Below the pieces are notes generated by a model. The model searched no databases and was not told where the DNA came from. It saw nothing but the letters and a program-made list of their open reading frames with translations. The position numbers and the translations under genes are program-made. Positions 13,631 to 24,393 of a stretch of 33,258 bases of DNA are shown here, piece after piece. The stretch's first letter is position 1, and each line of letters starts with the position of its first letter. This stretch comes from Chiloscyllium plagiosum (Eukaryota), in NCBI RefSeq assembly GCF_004010195.1, contig NW_025213460.1, positions 1 to 33,258 on the forward strand, read 5' to 3'.

Positions 13631-14972
13631 TTAGGAAGGTGGTGCTGAGTTCGAGGGATGTGACTGAGACAAGGTGGGGGGAGGGGAAATAAGGAAACTG
13701 GAGAAATCTGAGTTCATCCCTTGTGGTTGGAGGGTTCCCAGGCAGAAGATAAGGCGCTCTTCCTCCAACCGTCGTGTTGCCATGGTCTGGCGATGGAGGA
13801 ATCCAAAGACCTGCATGTCCTTGGTGGAGTGGGAGGGGGAGTTAAAGTGTGGATCTGACAAGGGAGTCGCGGAGGTAGTGGTCTCTACGGAAAGCTGATA
13901 GGGGAGGGGAGGGAAATATATCCTTGGTGCTGGGTCTGTTTGGAGGTGGCGGAAGTGACGGCGGATGATGCGCTGTACATGGGGATTGGTGGGGTGGTAG
14001 GTGGGGACCAGTGGGGTTCTGTCCTGGTGGCGGTTGGAGGGGCGGGGCTCAAGGGCGGAGGAGCGGGAAGTGGAAGAGATGCGGTGGAGGGCATCGTCGA
14101 CTACGTCTGGCGGGAAATTGCAGTCCTTGAAGAAGGAGGTCATCTGGTTGTACGGTTTCGGAACTGGTCCTCCTGGGAGCAGATGCGGTGGAGACGAAGG
14201 AATTGGGAATATGGGATGGCGTTTTTACAGGGGGCAGGGTGGGAGGAGGTGTAGTCTAGGTAGCTGTGGGAGTCGGTCGGTGTATAGTAAATGTCCGTGT
14301 CGATTCGGTCACATGAGATAGAAATGGAAAGGTCGAGGAAGGGGAGGGAGGAGTCTGAGACGGTCCAGGTGAATTTGAGGTCGGGGTGGAAGGTGTTGGT
14401 AAAGTGGATGAACGGTTCAACCTGCTCTTGGGAGCACGAGGCAGCGCCGATACAGTCATCGATGTAACGGAGGAAACGGTGGGGTTGGTGCCAGTGTAGC
14501 TGCGGAAGATGGACTGTTCCACATATCCTACGAAGAGGCAGGCATAGCTGGAGCCCATGCTGGTGCCCATGGCTACTCCTTTGGTTTGGAGGAAGTGGGA
14601 GGATTGGAAAGAGAAGTTGTTCAGGGTGAGGACCAGTTCAGTCAGTCGAAGGAGGATGTGAGTGGAAGGGTACTGGTTGTTACGGCGGGAAAGGAAGAAG
14701 TGGAAGGCTTTAAGTCCTTCGTGATGGGGGATAGAGGTGTACAGGGACCGGATGTCCATGGTGAAGATAAGGCGTTGGGGACCGGGGAAGCGAAAATCAT
14801 GGAGGAGGTGGAGGGCGTGGGTGGTGTACCGAACGTAGGTGGGGAGTTCTTGGACTAAGGGGGACAGGACCGTGTCGAGGTATGCAGAGTTGAGATTGGT
14901 GGGGCAGGAGCAGGCTGAGACAATGGGTCGGCCGGGGCAGTCAGGTTTGTGGATTTTGGGCAGGAGGTAGAA
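13631..14972 (-). pseudogene. Disrupted PLE reverse transcriptase/endonuclease ORF
   Basis: ORFs 14256-14984 and 13631-14143 are pieces of one frameshifted PLE polyprotein; an internal deletion near 13849 joins LRDSLVRS to HFNSPSHS. Confidence 0.9.
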
Positions 14973-16087
14973 ACACACTTCCAAAGCAAGTCACCAATAG
15001 AAGAGCAGACTGACGCCATTCTGTCAATGTTACTCTCCCAGGGAGGAGCTGTATGACCCTATTCTGTCGATATAACTAACTCAGGAAAGAACAGACTGAC
15101 ACAACTCTGTTTATGTAACTCGCACGGGGAAGATCAGACTGACCCTACTCTTCCAATGTAACCCACCCAGTGAAGAGCACAATGACACAAAACTGTCAGC
15201 GTACCTTCCTCAGGGAAGAGCAGACAGACCAACTCTGCCAAAGTTACCACGCAGAATAGAGCAGACTGACGCCACTCTGTCAACGACATTCACCCATGGA
15301 AGAGCAGACAAAATCTATTCTGTCAGTGTAACATACACAGGGGCGATCAGGCTGATCTGACTCAGTCAAAGTTGCACACACAGCGATGAGCAGACTGAGC
15401 TCACTCTATCGATGTAACTCCGTCGTGGACGACCAGACTGACGTGAATCTATCAATGTCACTCACTTAGGAAAGGGCAGACTGAGTCCACACTGTCAATC
15501 TAGCTCACCCAGTTAAGAGCAGACTGACCACATTCTGTCAATGTCATTCCTCCACGACAGAGTAGAGTGACGCCACTCTGTAAATTTAACTCAGTCTCGG
15601 AAGAGCAGACTGACAGCACTCTTTCAATGCATCTCACCCAGTTTTGAGTAGACTGAACCCATTCTGTCCATGTAACGCAAGCAGTAAAGAGCAGACTGAC
15701 TCCATTCTATGAAGGTAACTCACCCAATGAAGAGCAGACTGACACCACTCTGTCAGTGTAAGTCATCCAGGTAAGTGCAGACTGACTCAACTCCGTGAGA
15801 TTAAATCATCCAGGGAGAGTCAGGCTGACCCTGCTCTGTCAATGTAACTAACTCAGAAAAGAGGATACTGACGCCATTCTGTCAATATAACTTATCTGGA
15901 GAAGATCAGAGTGTCCCACCCTGTTATGAGCAGACTGACGCCATTCTGTCAACTTAACTAATTCAGGAAATAGCAGACTGACCCCACTCTGTATATTTAA
16001 CTCACCGGGGAAGAGCGGACTGACCCTACACTTTCTATGTATCTCACTCAGAGAAGTTAAGATTGCTAACATTGTGTACATGTAACT

Positions 16088-16607
16088 AGGTGAGTTACAT
16101 TGACAGAGTGGTGTCAGTCTGCTCTTCTTTGGGTGAGTTACTTTCACTGAATGACGTCAGTCTGCTCTTTGTTGGATGAATTATATTGACAGAGTGGGGT
16201 CAGTCTGCTGTTCATTTTGCCACTTGCATTGAGAAAGTGGCGTCAGTGTGCTCTTTCATGTTGGAGTAAAATTGACAGAGTAGGGTCAGTCTGTTCTTCC
16301 CTGGCTGAGTTACATTGACAGTATGCGATCATTTTACTTTTCCCTGGATGAGTTACCTTGACAGTTTAGCGTCAGTCTGCTCTTCTCTGGGGGATTTACA
16401 TTGAAAGTGTGACGTAGTTCTGCTCTTTTCTGGGTGAGTCACATTGGCAGTGTTGGTAGGTCTGCTCTTCCCTGGGAGATTTACGTTGACAGTTTTGTGT
16501 CAGTCTGGTCTTCACTCAGTTTGTTACATCATCAGTGTGGTGGCAATCTTTTCTTCCCTTGGTGAGGTACATAGGCTGTGTCGAGGCAGTCTACTCTTCC
16601 ATGGACG
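16088..16607 (-). repeat. Terminal inverted segment of the satellite (~12 units)
   Basis: Reverse-complement units start after ATGTAACT at 16080-16087; the reverse complement matches the higher-order block at ~12964-13300. Confidence 0.93.
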
Positions 16608-18915
16608 TAGAAAAACATAGCAGTACAGTACAAGATCCCTAAGCCATGATGCCATGCCAACTTTTATCCTGCGGTAAGATCAAACTAACCTACATACCCT
16701 TCATTTTACTGCCATCCATGTGTCTATCCAAGATTATATTAAATGTCCTGAATGTATCTGACTCTCCTTCCACTGCTGCATTCCACCCATCTAACAGCCT
16801 TTGTGTAAAGAACCTATCTCTCCTTAACCATCCACCAATCACCTTAAAATTATGCCTGCTCATACTAGCCATTTATGCTATGGTATAAAGAAGTGTCTCG
16901 CTATTCACTCTCTCTGTGCCTCACATCAGTTTGTTCACCTCTACCAAGTCGCCCCTCACCCTTCTTCACTCCAATGAGAAAAGCCTTACCTCCCTCAAAA
17001 TTTCTTCATAAGACATGCCCTCCAGCGCAGGCAGCATCCTGGTAAATCTCCAATTTACTCTCTCTAAAGCTTCCACTGTCTTCCTGTAACGAGGGGACCA
17101 GAACTGAACACAATGTTCCAAGTAGGGTCTAAACAGGGCTCTATCGATCTGCAACATAACCTCACAGCTTTAAACTCAATCCCCCAGCTAATGAAAACCA
17201 ACACAACATATTCCTTCTTAACAACCCTATAAGCTTGAGTGGCAACTTTGAGGAATCAATAGACGTGGAACCCAAGATCCCTCTGTTCCACAACACTACC
17301 AAATATTTTGCATTTAACCCATTCAAGTTTGACCTTCCACAATGAATCATTTCACACTTTTCCAGATTGAACTCCATCTGCCACTTCTCAGCCCAGCTCC
17401 GCATCCTGACAATATCCTGCTCCAACCTACAACAGACCTCCACACTATCCACCACTCCACCAACCTCCATGTCATTTGCAAAATTACTAACCCACTCTTC
17501 CACACCCACATCCAAGTCATTTTTTTAAAAAATCACAAAGGGCAGAGGTCCTTGAACCGATCCCTGCAGAACACCACTGGTCACCGAGCTCCAGGCTGAA
17601 TGCTTCCCATCCATCATCACCTTCTGTGTTCTATGAGCCAGGAATTCTGTCCAGACAGACAGGTTTCCTGTATATCACATTCTCAAAGGATTCAATAAGA
17701 TTTGTGAGGCATGACCTGGCACTACCAGACTAAGTCTAATCAAACTATGGTTTTCCAGGGAGTCATAAATCCTGTCTCTCACAGTCCTCTCCAATAATCT
17801 GCACACCAAGAACATAAGAACATGAGGTTTGTCATTACCAGGATTATCCATATTCCTTTTCTTGAACAAGGGAGTAAAGTTTGCCACCATCCGATCATCT
17901 GGTACGACTCCGGTGGACAGTGATGGTGTAAAGATCATCGGCAAAGGCACAGAAATCCCTTCCCTCGATTCGTGCAGTAACTCTGGGTACATCCCATCTG
18001 GTCCAACAGACTTAACTATCCTTATTTTTACAAAATACTCAGCACATCATTCTTCTTAACATCAACCTGTTCACATATATCAGTCCTTTTCACGCTGTCC
18101 TCACAAATGACAAGGCCCCTCTCAATAGTGAATCCTGAAGCACAGTATGCATTAAGGACCTCCCCAACCTCCTGTACCTCGAGGCACAATTTTCCTCCAC
18201 TATCCCTGACCGGCCCTACCTTCACTCTGACCATCCTCTTGTTCGTCACATCAGTAGAGAATACCTTTTGGTTTTCCTAAATCCTTCCCAACAAAGCTTT
18301 TTCATGCCCCCTTCGGGCAGTCATAAGTCCATTCTTCAGTTCCTTCCTGACTATCTTCAGAGTCCCTAGAGTGTGGAAACAGGCCATTTGGCCCAACAAC
18401 TCCATATCGACCCTTTGATGAGCATCCCAACCAAAACAATTCCCCCACCCTATTACTCTCCATTTACCCTAACTAATGTGTCAATCCTACACATCCCTGA
18501 ACACTATGGGTAATTCAGTATGGCTGATTTGGGCCGTTGGTGGAAACTGGAGCACCTGGAGGAACCCCACGCAGACACGGGGAGAATGTGTAAACTCCCA
18601 AAACAATTCCCCCACCCTATTACTCTCCATTGACCCTAACTAATGTGTCAATCCTACACTATGGGTAATTCAGTATGGCTGATTTGGGCCGTTGGTGGAA
18701 ACTGGAGCACCTGGAGGAACCCCACGCAGAGAAGGGGAGAATGTGTAAACTCCACACAGACAGTCGCCCAGGACTGGAATTGAAATCGGGTCCCTGGTGT
18801 TATAAGGAAGCCGTGCTAACTACTGAGTGACCGTACTGCCCCCATATAACCCGGCAGAAGTCTAACGATCCTTGCGTCCTCAATCTTGTGTAAGCTTCCT
18901 TCTTCCTCTTGTCAA
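16608..18915 (-). mobile_element. Decayed CR1 LINE (ORF2 RT region and 3' end) with a nested SINE
   Basis: Fragments GVVPDDRMVANFTPLFKK, FANDMEVGG (FADD-like) ...WAEKWQMEFN, RPYLEHCVQFWSP and FFTQRLLDGWNA in CR1 order; 3' end at ~16610; sequence continues on both sides of the SINE. Confidence 0.92.
18360..18843 (-). mobile_element. HE1-type SINE with an internal ~167-bp tandem duplication, nested in CR1
   Basis: Tail GTGTGGAAACAGGCC at ~18371; V-domain GGAAACTGGAGCACCTGGAGGAACCCCACGCAGA present twice; tRNA-like head at ~18775-18843. Confidence 0.9.
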
Positions 18916-19580
18916 GATGTTCTACGTTGGAACTTTGTCAAATGCTTTGCTGAAGTCCATGTGGACAACGTTGACTGCTCTGCCTTCATCTATCTCATGG
19001 CCACCTCAGCAAAGAGTCACTCCAGTTTGTGAAACACGGTTTCCCACTCACAAAACCATGCTGACTATCTCTAATTAGCCTTTGCCTTTCCAAATATGCA
19101 TAGCTCCTTTCTCTCAGAATCTCCTCCAAAAGCTTACCCATGACTGGGCTAACTGCGCTGTAATTTCCTGGCTTTTCCCTGCAGCCATTAAGTGATGGAA
19201 CAGCATTTGCCGCCCCTTTAGTCTTCCGGCACGCAATGGTGTCTGTTGATAATATAAATATCTCTGTTAGGGACACTACAATCTCTTCCCGAGCTTCCTA
19301 CAATATTCTAGTATAAGCCTAATGAGCTACTGAGGATTGATCTACCTTTAGTTGTTTTAAGATTCCAACACTTTCTCTTCTCGGTTGAGAATTCTTTCCA
19401 AGACTTCACTATTTATTTCCCCAAGCTCCCGATCTTCCATGTTTTTCTACACAGTAAATTCAAACAAGATTTTTTTGGTTTAAGATCTCACTCATCTCCT
19501 CTGGTTCCACACATAGGCAACCTTATTGATATTGAAAGGGCCCTATTCTCTTCCAAGTTATTCTCTAGCCCTTACTAAAA
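18916..19580 (-). mobile_element. Older CR1 ORF2 fragment
   Basis: ORF 18995-19276 contains KPGNYSAVS...GKLLEEILRERSYAYLERQRLIRDSQHGFVSGKPCFTN, the conserved CR1 RT N-terminal segment. Confidence 0.85.
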
Positions 19581-19619
19581 CTTGCATAAAGGCTTCTGAA
19601 AATTCAAATAGTACATTTC

Positions 19620-20060
19620 TGGGTTGGAGACAGTTACACAGATGGGGAGGGTTGCACAAATTGGAAGAAGTTCCTGTGGTCAGGCGGGTTGGTGGGGACA
19701 GGGTGAATTTTAAATAGATTAAGATTGAAGGTTTAGAGAACGATAAGGAAGTTATGATTTTTTCACGGAAAAGGAAGGGTTGTAGGAGCTGGAGAAGTTT
19801 ACCAAGATAGGGACGAATGGAGAGGGAGGTGAAAGGCAAATAAATTGACATAGAGAGTGGTTTTGTTAGGAGGGGCTTACAGGGACAGACAGGACTGTGG
19901 GGTTTGCAGGGATGAAGGAATTTAGTATCTACTGGAGAAGTTTAGGGATTAGGGTGTTAGGGATTGGAGAACCTGACAGAGACAGAGAGCATGGTGTGGA
20001 CTAGAAAAGGTTCCAAACAGAGGGAGAATTATCGCGATTGGAGGATATTACAGAGATCGC
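19620..20060 (-). repeat. Highly decayed, probably L2-derived sequence
   Basis: Minus strand has several CCCTATCT..GTAA..TCTCCAGC..CTACAACCC-like motifs (PYLGKLLQLLQP) resembling the L2 ORF2 C-terminus as recalled; no database check. Confidence 0.4.
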
Positions 20061-20689
20061 TAATACAGCATGGGCCAGGATTGATGCCTGCGATCCCCTG
20101 TGCTGTCTCAGGGAGGACCAGTACAGCAAAGTTGAAAGCAGGATCCTCACAAGATGGTGGGAATGAAGCCTAGAATGTTGCTGTTCCTTGTCCAGCTCTG
20201 TATCTATGTCCTGTCTTCCGGGTCTGAATACAGAAGGCCACCAACTCCACCCTGTGCTGTTTACTGTGAGTGATCTTACCGGCTGCAGGATTTACTGAAG
20301 GCTCCAGACCTCCTTCTCCATCTCTCTCTGGCTGACCAAGCATCTTTAATGAGGTGATGGATGAGAGAGGAGTTCGCAACATCCTGATTACCTGCATGAG
20401 AGAGAAATAGACAGAATGGAAAATTAGACTGATACAGTGAGGATAACTCATGCAGAGTAGCACTGAGTCCATCAGAGATCACGAAAATCCCAGTCTTTAT
20501 CTCTGGTCTGTGCTATTGCTGATCGGAGGATCATTTTGGCTCAGGATCTCAGACCAGCTGCAAGAGTGAGAGGAGCTCACAGAGGCAGCAATTAGACCCA
20601 CACAGTGAGGGATACGCAAATGGAAAGATACTGAGTGATATCACCAGAGTGCAGGAAGGTGTCAGGATCAAACAACTGTCATGGTAAAA

Positions 20690-21059
20690 GGGTTTCGATT
20701 CATGGTGCACGGGGATCAGTACTCAGTGATGGATGAACTACGAGTGGGACAAGTGATGACCTCAGGTTATTCTCACCCGACTGTTCATCCAGAATTGAAT
20801 GCCGATGTCAGCTACACCCATCTAACTGCGTAATATCCATTAAGGAAGGAACTCGGTTATCGACAGCAGGTCTGGCCTACATGTGACTCCAGAGCAAGGA
20901 GGTTGACTCTCAAGTACCCCCTGAAATGACCTAGCAAGCAACTCAAATGCTGGCCAGAAAAAGACAGCAACATCCCACGATGGAATTAAAAACAATGATG
21001 CTGGGAGCAGTGTCCTGGCCAATCATGTCGGTAGGTTAATGGAGAGGACTTTAAACTGA
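20690..21059 (+). mobile_element. Remnant of a CR1 ORF1 (esterase) C-terminus interrupted by a SINE tail
   Basis: GGTTTCGATTCATG (GFRFM) at ~20691 and GSSVLANHVGRLMERTLN* ending at 21059 parallel the ORF1 end GFGFL...GTDILRGKFANALQGGLN* at 23575-23715. Confidence 0.5.
20840..20993 (+). mobile_element. 3' half of a second SINE family (same family as 31921-32258)
   Basis: GGTCTGGCCTACATGTGACTCCAGA...GGTTGACTCT matches the reverse complement of ~32000-32050. Confidence 0.8.
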
Positions 21060-21985
21060 CAGAAAGAATGCAGACACAAAGTTCAGGTGAAAGGAGCTTT
21101 CCAAATCCAAATAGAAAAGCTGAAGCATCGGAACAGCATGGGAATGTGGCTGAAGACAAGCAGAAAGGAACAGGAAGGGACAGAGTTTAAGTAAAACTGT
21201 ACATCAGTGAATTAGGCTGTGACAGGACATTTGGGAAAAAGTCAATTACAATGTTCTTTCTTTGGAATGGACAATGTATCTGCAATAAGGTAATAGACTT
21301 GTGACACAGAGATAAATAATATTCGGTCACCAAAACGGTGCGGTTACAGGAGAAACAAAAGGTTGAATATAAATATTCAATTGTACCCATCCTTGAGGGG
21401 TCTCAGGGAGTGCAGGATGGGTAACCCTGACAGTAATGGGTAACAAAGGCATTACAGAGAAAGCATTTGGCCTCAGATGATGCAGCTGAATCAGCCTGAA
21501 TGCAGATTCTGGGTAACACGTGTCAAAAACACAAGCAGGAGAACAGTTTTTTAGGTTGCCTAACAATATTTCATTGCTCATCCCTGTTACACTTTCCAAT
21601 GAATTCCTGTGTAATGCAAAGGCACTGTGATAATTTTGGGAGACTTTCAATTTTTGTCAAAAATGATATTCTCCGAACTCCTCTCCGAAATGTTTTTGTC
21701 AGTGTATCTTTGAATAACACGTTGTGCAAATGACCAGGGATGTGACGATCTCAGATGGACCGTTGGATGATGAAGCTGAGTGAAGGGTTAATGTCACACT
21801 GAGATATCCTCTGGGAAATTGAGGTGTAGTGGAATTCTGTGAGATAATGGATTTTTAAAGTGACCATAAAGCACACGCTACGATCACAACCAAAGCCATT
21901 GACGTGTGTTTTAGAGGAGAACTGACCAAGGTAAACAGGGGAAACAGTGAAGTGTATGGCTGGTAATGGACAGTGGAAAACATTC

Positions 21986-22182
21986 ACAGTCATGGAGATG
22001 TACAGCACAGAAACAGGGCCTTCGTGTCCAACTCGTCCATGGCACTCACACATCCTAACATAACCTCGTCTCATTTGCCGACACTTGGCCCATATCCCTC
22101 TCAACCCTTCCTGTTCGTATACCCATCCAGATGCCTTTAAAATGCAGTTATTGTACCAGTCTCCACCACTTCATCTGGCAGT
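21986..22182 (-). mobile_element. CR1 3'-end fragment
   Basis: GTACAGCACAGAAACAGGGCCTTCG...TTGGCCCATATCCCTCTCAACCCTTCC...TCCACCACTTCATCTGGCAG, typical of a CR1 3' UTR and ORF2 end in reverse. Confidence 0.8.
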
Positions 22183-22498
22183 TTGACCCTCCCTCCATCA
22201 GAAGGTCCCGAGTGGGGGATGGTCGCTGGTGATTGCACAGTGTTCAGCACCATTCACCACCCCTCAGATACTGAAGCAGTCTGGGTTCAAATGGAACAAG
22301 ATCTGGACAATAGCCAGGCTCGGGCTGACCAGTGGCAAGTAATATTCACACCACACAAATACCAGGCCATGACCATCACCAATAAGAGACAGTCTAACCA
22401 TCTCCCCTTGACATTCAATGGTGTTACCATCACTGAGTCCCCCCCCACTATCAACATCCTGGGGGTTACCATTGACCAGAAACTCTACTGGACTCACT
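22183..22498 (+). mobile_element. RT fragment of a different CR1-group LINE family
   Basis: VAGDCTVF (FADD-like)...QDLDNSQARADQWQVIFTPHKYQAMTI...INILGVTIDQKLYWTH are non-LTR RT C-terminal/thumb motifs. Confidence 0.85.
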
Positions 22499-22807
22499 AC
22501 AACTTTTCAAGTCAGTCGGAGAGGTCACCAGGGAGCAGCAGAGCCTGTCAGGATACGAGAGTATACGATATAAATTACTTACTTGAAGGTGCGGAATTCT
22601 TCACTTCCTGGAGGCAGTCGGAGAGGTCACGGGGTCACATATTTGGGTGGTTGCTTTACCTGTAAGACTACTCGGGGAGTGTCTCCCACCCATCCTCCTA
22701 CTCTCTCCAGAAATAAAACATGTCCTTGCGTCGGCTGGTCAGGTGACAAGTATTTTCTTTCATGTTTCATTTTTTCAGCGGTTTATTTGGGAGTTAGAAC
22801 AGTGGGA

Positions 22808-23715
22808 ATGGAGGTGAGGGCAGTTGAATGTTCCTCCTGCAGAATGTGGGAGGTAAGGGTCACCACTAGTGCCCCCGCTGACTGCATCTGCGGGAAGCGC
22901 ACCCAACACCAGCTCCTCGAAAACCGCGTTCGGGAACTGGAGCTGGAGCTGGATGAACTTCGGATCATTCGGGAGGCAGAGGGGGTTATTGAGAGGAGTT
23001 ACAGGGAGGTAGTGACTCCTCAGATAAATGAAGAAGGTAGATGGGTTACCGTCAGCAGTGGGAAAGGGAGCTGGCAGGCAGTGCAGGGATCTCCCTCAAC
23101 AACAAATATACTGTTTTGGAAACTTTTGTCGGGGGGGACATCTTACCAGGAGTAAGCAATGGGGCACAGGTCTCTGGCACAGAGTCTGTCCCTGCTGCTC
23201 AGAAGGGAAGGGGGAAGAGGAGCAGAGCATCAGTCATTGGGGACTCCATGGTTAGGGGGACAGACAGGAGGTTCTGTAGGGACGAGAGAGACTCGCGGTT
23301 GGTGTGTTGCCTCCCAGGTGCCAGGGTCCGTGATGTCTCGGATCGTGTTTTTGGGAACCTTGAGGGGGAGTGGGAGCATTCCCACGTTGTGGTCCGCATT
23401 GGCACCAACGACATAGGTAGGAAAAGGGATGTACGGCAGAAATTCAGGGAGCTAGTAGCTGGAACAAACAGAGTTGTTATCTCTGGTTTGTTGCCCGGGC
23501 CACGTGCTCGTGAAGCGAGGAACAGGGAGAGTGCGGAGCTGAACATGTGGCTGCAGGGATGGTGCAGGAGCCAGGGTTTTGGATTCTTGGATAATTGGAG
23601 CGCTTTCTGGGGAAGGGGGGACCTCTACAAACAGGATAGTCTTCACCTGAACCAGAGGGGTACCGATATCCTGAGGGGGAAATTTGCTAATGCTCTTCAG
23701 GGGGGTTTAAACTAA
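22808..23715 (+). pseudogene. CR1 ORF1: Cys-rich zinc-finger/leucine zipper plus SGNH esterase, frameshifted near 23090
   Basis: MEVRAVECSSCRMWE...CICGKR...LENRVRELELELDEL, then VIGDSMVR, CLPGARV, VRIGTND and DSLHLN (SGNH blocks). Confidence 0.92.
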
Positions 23716-24393
23716 TGCAGCAGGGGGATGGGAACCTGAATTGTAGTTCCAGTGTACAGAAGGTTGAGGGTAGTGAGGTCAGGGATAGGTTTACAAGGTC
23801 GCGAGAGGGCACCAGCAACCAGGATGTCGGTTTGAAATGTGTGTACTTCAACGCCAGGAGCATCCTGAACAAGGTGGGTGCACTCGCAGCATGGGTTTGG
23901 ACACCTGGGTTTTGATGTTGTGGCCATTTCAGAGACGTGGCTAGAGGAGGGACAGGAATGGGTGTTGCACATTCCGGGATTGATATGTTTCAGTAAGAAC
24001 AGAGAAGATGGTAAAAGAGGAGGAGGTGTGGCATTGTTAGTCAAGGACAGTATTATAGCAGCCGAGAGAACGTTTGAGGACTCGTCTGCTGAGGTAGTAT
24101 GGGCTGAGGTTAGAAACAGGAAAGGAGAGGTCACCCTGTTGGGAGTTTTCTACAGGCCTCCGAATAGTTCCAGAGATATAGAGAAAAGGATAGCAAAGAT
24201 AACTCTGAACAGGAGTGAGAGTAACAGGGTTATTGTAATGGGGGTCTTTAACTTTCCAAATATTGACTGGGAATGTAATGGGGGTCTTTAACTTTCCAAA
24301 TATTGACTGGGAATGCTATAGTTCAAGTACTTCAGATGGGTCACTTTTTGTCCAATGTGTACAGGAAGGTTTCCTGACACAGTATGTAGACAG

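Larger units (their letters stand above)
13388..14972 (-). mobile_element. 5'-truncated Penelope-like element (RT, partly deleted GIY-YIG, hammerhead-bearing 3' tail), flanked by a 15-bp TSD
   Basis: RT motifs FYLLPKIHK, PGRPIVS, FTMDIRSLYTSIPH, KGVAMGT and RYIDD (YIDD at 14455-14466, after a frameshift); C-terminal EERLIFCLGTLQPQGMN; flanks ACATACTTCCAAAGC (13373-13387) and ACACACTTCCAAAGC (14973-14987). Confidence 0.95.
1..16607 (+). repeat. Diverged 43-bp tandem satellite, consensus approx. CCAGGGAAGAGCAGACTGACCCCACTCTGTCAATGTAACTCAC; about 14 kb of satellite (roughly 320 units, estimate), interrupted at 4280-4991, 7671-7972 and 13388-14972
   Basis: The GAAGAGCAGACTGAC motif recurs every ~43 nt (about 92, 135, 178, 221, 264, ...) throughout; units carry many substitutions and small indels; the array runs off the left window edge. 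Confidence 0.97.

Noticed and set aside
1..16607. CRISPR-like array (regular period, partly palindromic repeat)
   Set aside because: The whole 43-bp unit is homologous between copies, so there are no unique spacers; there are no cas genes and the context is vertebrate.
20601..20640. V(D)J recombination signal (CACAGTG heptamer)
   Set aside because: No ACAAAAACC-like nonamer at 12 or 23 bp spacing and no Ig/TCR segment nearby.
21327..22104. Minus-strand ORFs of 107 and 117 aa
   Set aside because: No recognisable domain; one overlaps a CR1 fragment; no convincing splice pair.
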